A DNA stretch of 64,000 nucleotides, from assembly GCA_963803045.1 (NCBI GenBank), contig CAWDLC010000015.1:10947-74946 (forward strand), read 5' to 3'. Within the stretch, counting starts at the first letter, position 1. Every line of letters begins with the position of its first letter. Shown here piece by piece: positions 30,415 to 38,919 of this stretch. A model generated the notes under the pieces. That model was not told the origin of the DNA, made no database searches, and was given only the letters and a program-made list of their open reading frames with translations. Both the position numbers and the translations under genes were made by a program. This DNA is from Candidatus Binataceae bacterium. GTDB taxonomy: Bacteria; Desulfobacterota; Binatia; Binatales; Binataceae.

Positions 30415-31024
30415 TCACCACGTGAGAACCGGCTCCAGCGCCGCTCGAACTGAGCTCGCCTGGCACCGGCCCGAAGTAACGAGAGTCCCAACTTCGCGCG
30501 TCTTTGGTTCCGAACAGCCAAACCTCTCCGGGGTGCACCGTGTAGCGGCCCCACGCAACGTGGTCTAGCGATCCCCCGCGGCTGTCGCGCGAAAGCGTGG
30601 CCGAATGTTCCAAACGTTGGCCGTTGACTGCGATGTAATCGCGCATGATTTCAACCGAGTCTCCGGGCAGCGCACTGAGTCGTTTGCCGACCGGCTCGAT
30701 GCCGTCGCCGCAACCGCGTCCGCGCAAGAGATAGCCGCGCGAGCGCCCGAGCTGTGCGATCGCATCTGGCAGACACGCCAGCACCAAGTCGCCGCGCGAC
30801 GGTGCGCGGTTAACCATCCGGTAGATCCCTGGCGGACACGCGCTATCCGTGAGTCCGATCTTCAAACCCAGAAGCTGGAAGCCCAAGACTGGTATTGCGA
30901 TTCCCGCGCAGAGGACGACCGGAAACAGTGATCGTCGTGCAATTGTTCGGGTACGGGGCAAGGCGATGCGGTACGGGGAAGAAAATCCGCGCCGGATCTG
31001 GGGAATATGCTCAAAAGCGCGCAC
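30415..31024 (-). CDS. traF: TraF conjugative signal peptidase (S26 family), apparent 1-nt frameshift near 30458
   Basis: …PGEVWLFGTKDARSWDSRYFGPVP; canonical C-terminus ASSVRAALEPVLTW* appears in the +1 frame (stop 30415-30417), while the listed frame runs on into GELSSSGAGAG…. Confidence 0.75.
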
Positions 31025-31049
31025 GGTACGGTAAAACCTTTATCTTGCC

Positions 31050-31325
31050 CTACGAACGCATCGCCCCCGCTGCCCCGTTCCTCTCCTCCCTCTGCACCAA
31101 TCGCTCCGCGCCCCCTTCCCGTTTGCTCCGCCACCCTCGGAAATCTCGGTCGCTCTCAACGAAATGCTTCAGCATCTCGATCGCCACTTCCTTGGCGTCC
31201 GTCTCCCGATGCAAGCTGTCGCGCAAATACCCGACGTATTCGTCCAGCGAGGCCTTGAGGCTGCCCGGCAATGTCAGCCGCAACTGTACGGGAGGTAAAT
31301 CCTTGTCCTTGAGTCTGAGTTTCAT
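31050..31325 (-). CDS. DUF2274-like small protein (normally terminal gene of Ti/ICE-type trb operons)
   Basis: 91 aa, MKLRLKDKDLPPVQLRLTLPGSLKASLDEYVGYL… resembles DUF2274; located right after trbI. Confidence 0.55.
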   Translation of the reverse strand: MKLRLKDKDLPPVQLRLTLPGSLKASLDEYVGYLRDSLHRETDAKEVAIEMLKHFVESDRDFRGWRSKREGGAERLVQREERNGAAGAMRS

Positions 31326-31350
31326 CTCTCCAGCTCCTTTCTCCGTTTCT

Positions 31351-32529
31351 TCAATTCCTGTACGGCCCCGGCAGTACGAGGTCGTTCGTCACCATCACGT
31401 TGAACTGGTAACCCGGCCGTATCTCCAAGGTGGGCGGGATGTTCATTCCGCGCTGCAGGCTGCTCTGCGCGACTTGCCCAAGTTGCTGACTCGCCGCCGC
31501 ACCGCCCATCTCACTGAGCAAAGACATTTGGTTCGGCGGCGCGTAGCCGTACCCGTAGGGCCCGGAGAATCCGGTGCCTCCGCCGAACGCTCCCATCTGT
31601 CCAACCATCTGGCCGGCGCTGATCACGGAAAGGAGCGCCGCGGTGCCGAACGTCTTCAGGTAGTGGTTGTTCACCTGATCGCTGAATCCGGCGTAGCCCG
31701 CCTGGTCGGCGCCCGGCATCTCCGGTATCTCCATGCTCGACGCGTTCGGGAAGATCAGCCGCTTCCATTCGATCTGCGCGCGCTGCTGTCCATACGCCGC
31801 GTTCGTCTGGTACGAGCCGATGAGCTTCGAGCCTTGCGGGATCAGAACCCATCGTCCGGTTGCGGTATCGAAGACGTTCTCGCGAACCTGCGCGAGAACC
31901 GGTCCCGGCAGTTCCGAATTGATGCCGCTGATCAGAACCGCCGGAATCACGCTGCCTGCTGTGATCAGAAAAGGAGACACTGGCGGTTTGAGGCTCGCGA
32001 TCGCGTTGGCGCCGTTGCTCTGGCCAGATGGCGTGACCGTAAGCTCGTAGGGCCTGGTTGCCCCTGCTTGACTCGCGATGCTTGGAACTTCCAGCGTATC
32101 GCCGTGGTGAAACGCTTGGACCATCGGGGGCGCGGAGAGCGCCTTTACATATTCCTCCTCCTGCAACGCGGCCAGCCTGCTGGGTGGACGCGCTGGGAGG
32201 GGAACAGCAGGAGCCTGCGTCGCGGTAGCGGGCAACGCAGGAGGAAGTGGAACAGAATTGATCTCAGCAGGCTTCGGCCTCCTGGCCTTCGCTTCCAGTT
32301 CCGCGATGGCTGCACGTTCCTCGTTGGATGTGACGGCGGCTGCATCGTCGCTGCGGGCCCTCGGGCTCGAATCCGGAGAGTCCGAATGCAGCGCGACGAT
32401 CATCACAAGCAGTGCTGCCGCGATTACCACGCCAGCGACAATAACCAGAGTGCGTGTCAGCCGTGGGCCGCCCCCGCGCGATTGGTGAACGCGCGGGCCG
32501 GTCGGTCCAATTGCCGCTGCCGTGGCCAT
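31351..32529 (-). CDS. trbI: TrbI/VirB10
   Basis: 392 aa; N-terminal TM, Pro-rich linker (PLPPALPATATQAPAVPLPARPP), conserved VirB10 C-terminal beta domain (…RLIFPNASSMEIP…). Confidence 0.85.
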   Translation of the reverse strand: MATAAAIGPTGPRVHQSRGGGPRLTRTLVIVAGVVIAAALLVMIVALHSDSPDSSPRARSDDAAAVTSNEERAAIAELEAKARRPKPAEINSVPLPPALPATATQAPAVPLPARPPSRLAALQEEEYVKALSAPPMVQAFHHGDTLEVPSIASQAGATRPYELTVTPSGQSNGANAIASLKPPVSPFLITAGSVIPAVLISGINSELPGPVLAQVRENVFDTATGRWVLIPQGSKLIGSYQTNAAYGQQRAQIEWKRLIFPNASSMEIPEMPGADQAGYAGFSDQVNNHYLKTFGTAALLSVISAGQMVGQMGAFGGGTGFSGPYGYGYAPPNQMSLLSEMGGAAASQQLGQVAQSSLQRGMNIPPTLEIRPGYQFNVMVTNDLVLPGPYRN

Positions 32530-32532
32530 GAT

Positions 32533-33471
32533 TCACCTCGCCGTGCCCGTGTACCGGATGCTCACGCGGTCCTGCTCACGGCCGACGCCCGAAACCAGCA
32601 CCGCTTGGTCGAAGAGTTTGTCGACCACGTAGTAATCGCCCCTTACGCGATAGTTCACCATCTCGCTGCCGTCGCCTGCGGCGACCAACAACGCGGGAGC
32701 TTCGCTCGACTTTGTAGTCGCGGGCATCTGGATGTAGATGTGCGTACCGTCATCGAATGCTCGGACCGGTTTCCACGGCACCTTTGGTCCAGACACCGTG
32801 TACGAAAAATTGAGAGCGCCCGGATCGAGCGAAGCCAGAGAAGCGACCACGCCGTCCGGCTGTGATTGCGCATCGCGCGCCTTGGCGGCTGTGTGGTCGG
32901 CGTCCTGCATCGCCTGCTGGAGTTCCTCAGGATAATAAAAGGCGACTTCCTGCATTTCGCGTCCGGCGCGCGAGCGCAGCATTAGGTGGTAAATGTGCTT
33001 CGTCGTGTAGATCGTGAGATTGGTGCTGATACCGGCAGCGGTGGGTTTTATCGCAAGGTGCGGAGTCGGATTGCGCGGATCGCCCGATGAGGCGGGCGTC
33101 ACGAGCCAGCGTTCGCTGTCGCCGCTGGCAACGTCCGTAATTGTCTCGCCCGGCTCAAGCTGGATGTCGGTGGTTCGCAATGGAGCGCAGTCAACTGCAG
33201 GCTCTTGTCCTTCTTCATACGGGTAAAGCTCGCGGTGCGGCGTCTTATAAACCTGCCACGCGCCGTCTTGCTGATGTTGTTTGACCGCCTCCCGAACCTC
33301 TTGGGGCTGCTGCGCAAGTATCTGAGCGCCCGTTAGCGGTGCGGGCTCCGGCTCGGGAGATGGTGCTGCTTTCGTGACCAGCGTCAGCGGCGGCGGTGGC
33401 GTTTGCTTCGCCGAGCAAGCGGCGAGCGTCAGCGAGAGAGCGACGAACCCAAATGTGCCAATGCCCTTCAT
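32533..33471 (-). CDS. trbG: TrbG/VirB9
   Basis: 312 aa; lipoprotein signal (LTLAACSAK), VirB9-like C-terminal domain. Confidence 0.8.
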   Translation of the reverse strand: MKGIGTFGFVALSLTLAACSAKQTPPPPLTLVTKAAPSPEPEPAPLTGAQILAQQPQEVREAVKQHQQDGAWQVYKTPHRELYPYEEGQEPAVDCAPLRTTDIQLEPGETITDVASGDSERWLVTPASSGDPRNPTPHLAIKPTAAGISTNLTIYTTKHIYHLMLRSRAGREMQEVAFYYPEELQQAMQDADHTAAKARDAQSQPDGVVASLASLDPGALNFSYTVSGPKVPWKPVRAFDDGTHIYIQMPATTKSSEAPALLVAAGDGSEMVNYRVRGDYYVVDKLFDQAVLVSGVGREQDRVSIRYTGTAR

Positions 33472-33483
33472 CGTGATCCCCTC

Positions 33484-34149
33484 CTAACTTCGCTGCTCGG
33501 TCCAATTGAGCTGCGTGACGTAAAATCCGAGCGGGTTCTCCAGGATCGAGGCGTCGGAGGTCGCCGAAATGATCGTAGTGTCGAGCGCCGCTTCCCAATG
33601 CGTCGTGGCGATCGGAGAACCGTCGAGGCCTGATTCTTCCTCGGTCCATCTCACCTGCCACGTCGCTTTCGACAGCGGCAGGATCGAATCGATTTGGACG
33701 CTCACAGATTGGTGCTGAGCGACCTTGAACGGATCATGCTCAAGGTCGTTCTCGTGGTAGTAGTTCTCGAGAAACTTGTAAGCCGGTCCGCGAGCGCGGC
33801 TGTACACCTGCCCGATCAGCTGGTGCTCGGCTGCCGGATCGGTGATCACCTCGCGAGCGTTGCGGATGAAGGCCGCCAGCTCGTATCGCACCATCCGGTC
33901 TGTGCTGATCCGAGTCGTGTTTTCGGTGAGCGCGCTCGGCGCGCCGAGCGCGTATCCGAGCTTGTCGACTTCCACGACATATGGAATGAACTTGCTTCGA
34001 GTGCTGACCCAGACCATTCCGAAAGCCAGCACAAGCGTGATGACCATCATGCCGGCGGCGGTGATCTGCCAGTTGCGTTTGCCGAGAACCAGATCAGCGT
34101 AACGCTCGTCCCATTCCTGCCGCGCTTTGAGATAGACGCTGCCTTCCAT
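33484..34149 (-). CDS. trbF: TrbF/VirB8
   Basis: 221 aa; bitopic with N-terminal TM (MMVITLVLAFGMVWV), VirB8-like periplasmic domain; first gene of the codirectional block. Confidence 0.8.
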   Translation of the reverse strand: MEGSVYLKARQEWDERYADLVLGKRNWQITAAGMMVITLVLAFGMVWVSTRSKFIPYVVEVDKLGYALGAPSALTENTTRISTDRMVRYELAAFIRNAREVITDPAAEHQLIGQVYSRARGPAYKFLENYYHENDLEHDPFKVAQHQSVSVQIDSILPLSKATWQVRWTEEESGLDGSPIATTHWEAALDTTIISATSDASILENPLGFYVTQLNWTEQRS

Positions 34150-34287
34150 GCCGACGCCTCGCTGCCAACGATCGAGCGCGAGTTGTGAATTTCGCGCCCT
34201 CTGGGTTCAGCACTTGAGCAGATTCTGTGCCACTTGCTCGGAACACGAGTGCCCGCCTATCGTCGATCCCGTCTTCTTAAACCGGAG

Positions 34288-34657
34288 GAGGCGCCGTATG
34301 GAAAAGGTGAATGTCGCGGAGAAGTTCGATCTTTTCAGCGACTACTGGAGTCCCAAGATCGCCGCAGAGTTGAACGACTCGTACATCAAACTGACGAAAT
34401 TGAAAGGTGAGTTCGTTTGGCATCACCACGAAAATGAGGACGAGCTCTTTTTCATTATGAAGGGTCGGCTACTTATAAAGCTGCGCGACGGCGAGGTTCG
34501 AGTCGGCCCCGGAGAATTCGTGGTCATCCCTCGTGGTGTCGATCACCTGCCAGTAGCCGAGGACGAAGTTCACGCCATTTTGATCGAACCGAAGACGACG
34601 CTGAACACTGGCAATGTGCGCGGCGAGAAAACGATTGCGAGGTTAGAACGCATTTAG
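34288..34657 (+). CDS. cupin domain protein
   Basis: MEKVNVAEKFDLFSDYWSPKIAAELNDSYIKLTKLKGEFVWHHHENEDELFFIMKG…; cupin motifs (HHHENEDE / G.FVVIPRGVDH). Confidence 0.6.
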
Positions 34658-34805
34658 GAGTTTCAAAAGTGGAGCAAGCTCTATCTTCCGTCTCTTCTGG
34701 TTCACCTTTCGAGCCGCGGCTCGGAGCTGCCGTGCAGCTCGGGTGGGGAACTTCATAGCGGTCGCGGGGACCGCTCCGTTGGATGCAGATGGCAGGGCGG
34801 CTCTA

Positions 34806-35660
34806 CTAGGGGTACCCTGCCCCCGCCACCTCCACCTGAACGCTATCCACTCGCGCCGTCGACCTCCCGCGCATGAGATCCTCATGAGTCGTTTCTGCAC
34901 TGATGTAGAATAGCGTGCGTCGCTCCTCGCCACCGAGTACGCATGCGATCGCGCGCCCGCCGATCGAGGGTATTCGCTGCATGATCGTTCCATCGGAATC
35001 GACGCGAACGAAAGCGTCCTCCTGGAACAAACTTACCCACGTAGCGCCGTCGCGATCGAGACAGATCCCATCTGGCTCGATGAAGCTCCCGAATCGCCCA
35101 ACGAGATCCAGCGATCCATCGGCGCCGACATTAAAATGGGCCAGACGGTTGCCGTCGCTCTCGGCAACGACCAGTCGCCGGCCATCGTCCGAAACGGCGA
35201 TCCCATTGGGAAAATGCAGCCCGTGAGCGACAACTCTGGCATCGGAACCCGGCGCGATCAGAATCAGTTGCCCGTTTTCGTGCGAGGCGTTCATGTTTCT
35301 CATAATGTCGAGCCCGAGATCGCCGACGAAAATGCGGCCCTCCCCATCGACGATCATGTCGTCGATAGTCCCCGCTGCCACACTCGACAGATCGACGAGC
35401 GTCGTCATCTTGCCACCTGCGAAAGTGAGCAGCTTGCGATCGAACATTGAGGTGACGACCGCATCGCCATTCGGCAGCCATCCCATGCCGCCCGAGATCC
35501 CGCCGATCTCGCATTCGATGCGGCAGTCACCATCAAGTCCCACGCTCAGAAGCGTGTGTGCGAGACTATCGACCATCCACAGTCGGGCGTGGTGCCATCG
35601 CGGGCCTTCGAAATAGAGGCCCTTGGCAAGCGGCGGCCGCGATTCATCCTGCTCCGTCAT
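34806..35660 (-). CDS. SMP-30/gluconolactonase/LRE-like beta-propeller protein
   Basis: 284 aa; repeated D/G-rich propeller motifs (…LPNGDAVVTS…, HFPNGIAVSDDGRRLVVAES, EPDGICLDRDGATWVS). Confidence 0.65.
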   Translation of the reverse strand: MTEQDESRPPLAKGLYFEGPRWHHARLWMVDSLAHTLLSVGLDGDCRIECEIGGISGGMGWLPNGDAVVTSMFDRKLLTFAGGKMTTLVDLSSVAAGTIDDMIVDGEGRIFVGDLGLDIMRNMNASHENGQLILIAPGSDARVVAHGLHFPNGIAVSDDGRRLVVAESDGNRLAHFNVGADGSLDLVGRFGSFIEPDGICLDRDGATWVSLFQEDAFVRVDSDGTIMQRIPSIGGRAIACVLGGEERRTLFYISAETTHEDLMRGRSTARVDSVQVEVAGAGYP

Positions 35661-36145
35661 CGCTTCTTATTTTTTTCACAGGCGCCTATTTGATCTGCAC
35701 GTAAAGCGTTCCCCAGCGGTTCGCGTACCCCTTTACCACGCCCTGCCCGTCGAAATCCACGCTACAGGATCCGTACCACCATACGTCTTTCTGAGCCCAG
35801 ACTGGCATGGTGCGCTCCTGCAAGCGCGGTACATTGCCGATCGCCGGGCTACATCTCGTTCCCTTCAGTCGAGGTTTCCTGCGCATCGATGCCCGTGATC
35901 GTATCGCGAACGTTGTTCTTAGCTGACTTCTTCGATTTCACCTAAAGCAGGAACTCGCGATTTCCGCCACTTTGAAAAGTATCCAAAAGTGTCGTCAGGC
36001 AGTGCCCACTTAGTGCCCACTTCCGGATTTATCCACAGGATCTGAGATGATGCCGGTAGGCCTAAAACCCTTATATTTCCTGCATTATATGACATGAGCT
36101 GATCTCGGAAAACATCACGTTCAAGACTTAGGATCCGGTGCCGCA

Positions 36146-36177
36146 AGGCGTGGGGGTTCAAGTCCCCCCTCTCGCAT
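36146..36177 (+). other. orphan tRNA 3-prime-end fragment (T-arm + acceptor 3-prime strand) in an AT-rich intergenic region
   Basis: GGGGGTTCAAGTCCCCC T-arm followed by CTCTCGCA; no matching 5-prime acceptor strand (GCGAGAG) upstream. Tandem AGTGCCCACTT x2 at 36001-36022 nearby. Confidence 0.4.
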
Positions 36178-36231
36178 TACGGCATTCGCGCGCCGGTCGG
36201 ATAACCTCAAGTTGTACTCCTCGCCCGTCGA

Positions 36232-38067
36232 CTAGACGGTCAGACTCTGGGCTTCCCATAGCGCGCGGAAACGGCCGTCGCGCAGCGCGCTAAGCGACGA
36301 CCAATTGCCCGACTCGACCACCTTCCCGCCTTCGACCACGTAAATCAGATCGGCCCATCGGATGGTGGACAGGCGATGCGCGATCAGGACGACGGTGAGT
36401 TCGCCGCGGCGGCTTTCGATCGCATCAAGCACACGTCCTTCATTTTCGGAATCGAGGCTGTTGGTCGCCTCGTCCAGAATCAGCATCGAAGGACGGCGCA
36501 GGAATGCGCGCGCCAGCGCGAGGCGTTGGCGCTCTCCCTGCGACAGCAAAATTCCACGATCGCCGACGATAGTATCGAGCCCGTCGCTTAGTCCCGCGAC
36601 GAAATCGAAAGCGGACGCCTGTCGAAGCGCCGCGAGCATTTCGTCCTCGCTGGCGTCGGGGCGCGCCCATTTGAGGTTTGCGCGAATCGTGTCGTGAAAA
36701 AGAAACGTGTCGGGCGCCACGTAGCCGATTTGATCGCGCCATCCGCGCACGCTTTCGGGTCCGAGCGTCCGGCCGTCGAGTCTGAGCGTCCCCGAGTCGG
36801 GCGCGATCAGGCCCATCAGAATGTCGGCGACGGTACTCTTGCCGGCGCCCGACGGCCCCACCAGCGCGACGATTTTGCCGGCCGGAATCACCAGGCTCAA
36901 ATCTCTCACGGCGGGCACGCGTCCCGCGCTGTAGGTAAACGATACGCCGTCAGCAGCAAGTTCGTGCGTGAGCGAGAGCCGATCGTGCGGATGCATTGCA
37001 GGCTCAGCGGCAGCGGCGCATCGGGTCTCGATATCCAGCAGGTTGGCGAACGATGGCAGCGCGTTGACGAAGGCGCGGTAGTGGTACTGGCCGCTCATGA
37101 TTCGCGGCATCACGCGCGCGAACAGCAGCAACAGGATCAGAATTGACGCTGGCGGCACCGCCAGAATTTGAATCGACGCGAACAGCACCACCGCGAGGAT
37201 TACGACCGAGCCGAGTTCGAACCAGGTCGCGGCGATCGCCTGCTGACGCGAACCGTCCACGTTGGCTCGGGCAACATCGGCGCTGAGATCGGAGAAAATC
37301 GAAAAATTACGTGCTTCCGCGCCATAAGTCTTGGCCGCTTTGAGGCTCTGTAAATGCTCGATGGTGGCGGCGTAGAGCGACTTGTTGCTTGCGGAGACTT
37401 CCTCGCCCTGGTTTTCGATCGCCCGCGTGCGACCGCGAAAAGCGAACGCCAGAAGCGCGCCGGAGATCAGTACCAATGTAGTCATCCCGGCCGACAGCGC
37501 AAACGCGATTGCCATGTAGAGCATTCCGATCACAACTTCGCCAGTGAATACGAGGACGAGATTCGTGGCGATGCCGATTCGGTCGATTTCAGAGGTCAGC
37601 GCGTGAGTGAAATCCGAAGTGCGACTGCGGCATACGAACAACCAGTTCGCATCCGCAATCGCACGGTAGAGGCGACGGCGCAGATGATGCTCGACTTCCT
37701 GCTCAACCGCATAAGTCCACACGTTCTGCATCTGTCCCAGCACCGTTCGCGCACCAACCAGCATCACGAATACGCCAAGCAGGAGAATCAGCGACGGGTG
37801 CAGTCCCACCGCAACGAATGCATTCGAAACGATCGCCGCGTAGCGGCCCGCCTCGCCCTGTCCAGTGAGATTGAAGCCCGCCACCTGCAGGGTAGGAAGC
37901 AGCAGCGCGAAGCCGACCCCCTCGCTCAGCGAATACAGTACGGTCACGATAAGCACACCGATCAATTGCCAGCGCGAAACCCGCATCAGCATCGCGAGAT
38001 ACGCTGCAAGCGTGCTCTTCATCGGCGGTTTTGCGGGACTAGCGGCCAACCGAGTCTGGCCCGCCAA
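36232..38067 (-). CDS. ABC exporter, fused permease + ATPase (MsbA/bacteriocin-export type)
   Basis: 611 aa; N-terminal 6-TM domain; Walker A GPSGAGKST; signature LSQGERQRLALARAFL; Walker B MLILDEATNSLD. Confidence 0.85.
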   Translation of the reverse strand: MAGQTRLAASPAKPPMKSTLAAYLAMLMRVSRWQLIGVLIVTVLYSLSEGVGFALLLPTLQVAGFNLTGQGEAGRYAAIVSNAFVAVGLHPSLILLLGVFVMLVGARTVLGQMQNVWTYAVEQEVEHHLRRRLYRAIADANWLFVCRSRTSDFTHALTSEIDRIGIATNLVLVFTGEVVIGMLYMAIAFALSAGMTTLVLISGALLAFAFRGRTRAIENQGEEVSASNKSLYAATIEHLQSLKAAKTYGAEARNFSIFSDLSADVARANVDGSRQQAIAATWFELGSVVILAVVLFASIQILAVPPASILILLLLFARVMPRIMSGQYHYRAFVNALPSFANLLDIETRCAAAAEPAMHPHDRLSLTHELAADGVSFTYSAGRVPAVRDLSLVIPAGKIVALVGPSGAGKSTVADILMGLIAPDSGTLRLDGRTLGPESVRGWRDQIGYVAPDTFLFHDTIRANLKWARPDASEDEMLAALRQASAFDFVAGLSDGLDTIVGDRGILLSQGERQRLALARAFLRRPSMLILDEATNSLDSENEGRVLDAIESRRGELTVVLIAHRLSTIRWADLIYVVEGGKVVESGNWSSLSALRDGRFRALWEAQSLTV

Positions 38068-38515
38068 GTGGCGCGTATCGATTGATTTCGAAATCTCCGA
38101 TCACCACGATGCCGCCGCTCTCGAGCCATGCGTGAGCGCCGAAATGCCCATCAACCGGTTTCATGACCCCAATTTTGAGTTCGCTCGGATAGCGGTAGCG
38201 CTTGAGCACAATGCCGGTCGCGAGCGCGCGAACCAGGCAGTTGCCGCCGCTGGGGACGGCCCGGCTAGCGGTCGCGACGGCCCACGCGATTTTTTCAGGT
38301 GACGGGCACGCGCAGGTTGACCGGCGATCGCCGGGCGAGTCCGCGCGCATCGGATGACTCATCGCGTCAGCCAGCCGGCGCGCACGAGCAAACGGCAACG
38401 TCCACACGCCAGCACGCATCGCCACAATCGCCGTCAGCGCCTGGAATAGAAGCGCCCGCTCCGACGCGGGCAACGCGAAGAACTTAGCTATTTTCTTCAT
38501 CCGAGCCCCGATCAT
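38039..38515 (-). CDS. lasso-peptide B2-type transglutaminase-like cysteine protease
   Basis: 158 aa with the Cys/His core GGNCLVRALATGIVLKRYRYPSELKIGV…GHFGAHAWLESGGIVV, the pattern of McjB-like leader peptidases (PF13471). Confidence 0.6.
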   Translation of the reverse strand: MIGARMKKIAKFFALPASERALLFQALTAIVAMRAGVWTLPFARARRLADAMSHPMRADSPGDRRSTCACPSPEKIAWAVATASRAVPSGGNCLVRALATGIVLKRYRYPSELKIGVMKPVDGHFGAHAWLESGGIVVIGDFEINRYAPLGGPDSVGR

Positions 38516-38861
38516 CCGACGCCGGCTCGTCCAGGACCTGTATCAGACCATGCGTGTGGAGTTCGCCGAGCAGTTGCAGCAGATCGCGGCTACATCGCTC
38601 GGCTTCGACGTCGTATTGCTCGAGTAACGCATCGCGAATCTCGACCACTCGGCGCGGTTGCACAATCAGGCTCCAAACCGTCGCGCCAACCGGGCCAAGT
38701 CCGAAATAGGTCCCGCTCTTGAGATTCAAAATGGCGGCTTCACCCTCGAGATCGCAGGAAATCTGGTCCTTGGATGCGGCTACGATGGATCCAGTCGAGA
38801 TTGTCTTTTCCACGAATTGTCCAAGCGGCACAAGGCGATGCGACGATTGCTCTAAACGCAA
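38484..38861 (-). CDS. PqqD-family RiPP recognition element (lasso B1-like)
   Basis: 125 aa; …GEAAILNLKSGTYFGLGPVGATVWSLI… matches the PqqD/RRE pattern; overlaps the B2 gene start. Confidence 0.6.
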   Translation of the reverse strand: MRLEQSSHRLVPLGQFVEKTISTGSIVAASKDQISCDLEGEAAILNLKSGTYFGLGPVGATVWSLIVQPRRVVEIRDALLEQYDVEAERCSRDLLQLLGELHTHGLIQVLDEPASDDRGSDEENS

Positions 38862-38919
38862 GAACCCTTTACATCGCTAGTAAAAGCGACGCAACTTTAC
38901 GGAGCGCTCTCTCGCGGCT

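Noticed and set aside
30895-32865. 656-aa plus-strand ORF across traF/DUF2274/trbI
   Set aside because: Antisense to conserved T4SS genes and Arg/Ser-rich; high-GC artefact.
35686-35886. 66-aa minus-strand ORF
   Set aside because: No RBS or homology features; in a region of shifting composition, likely spurious.
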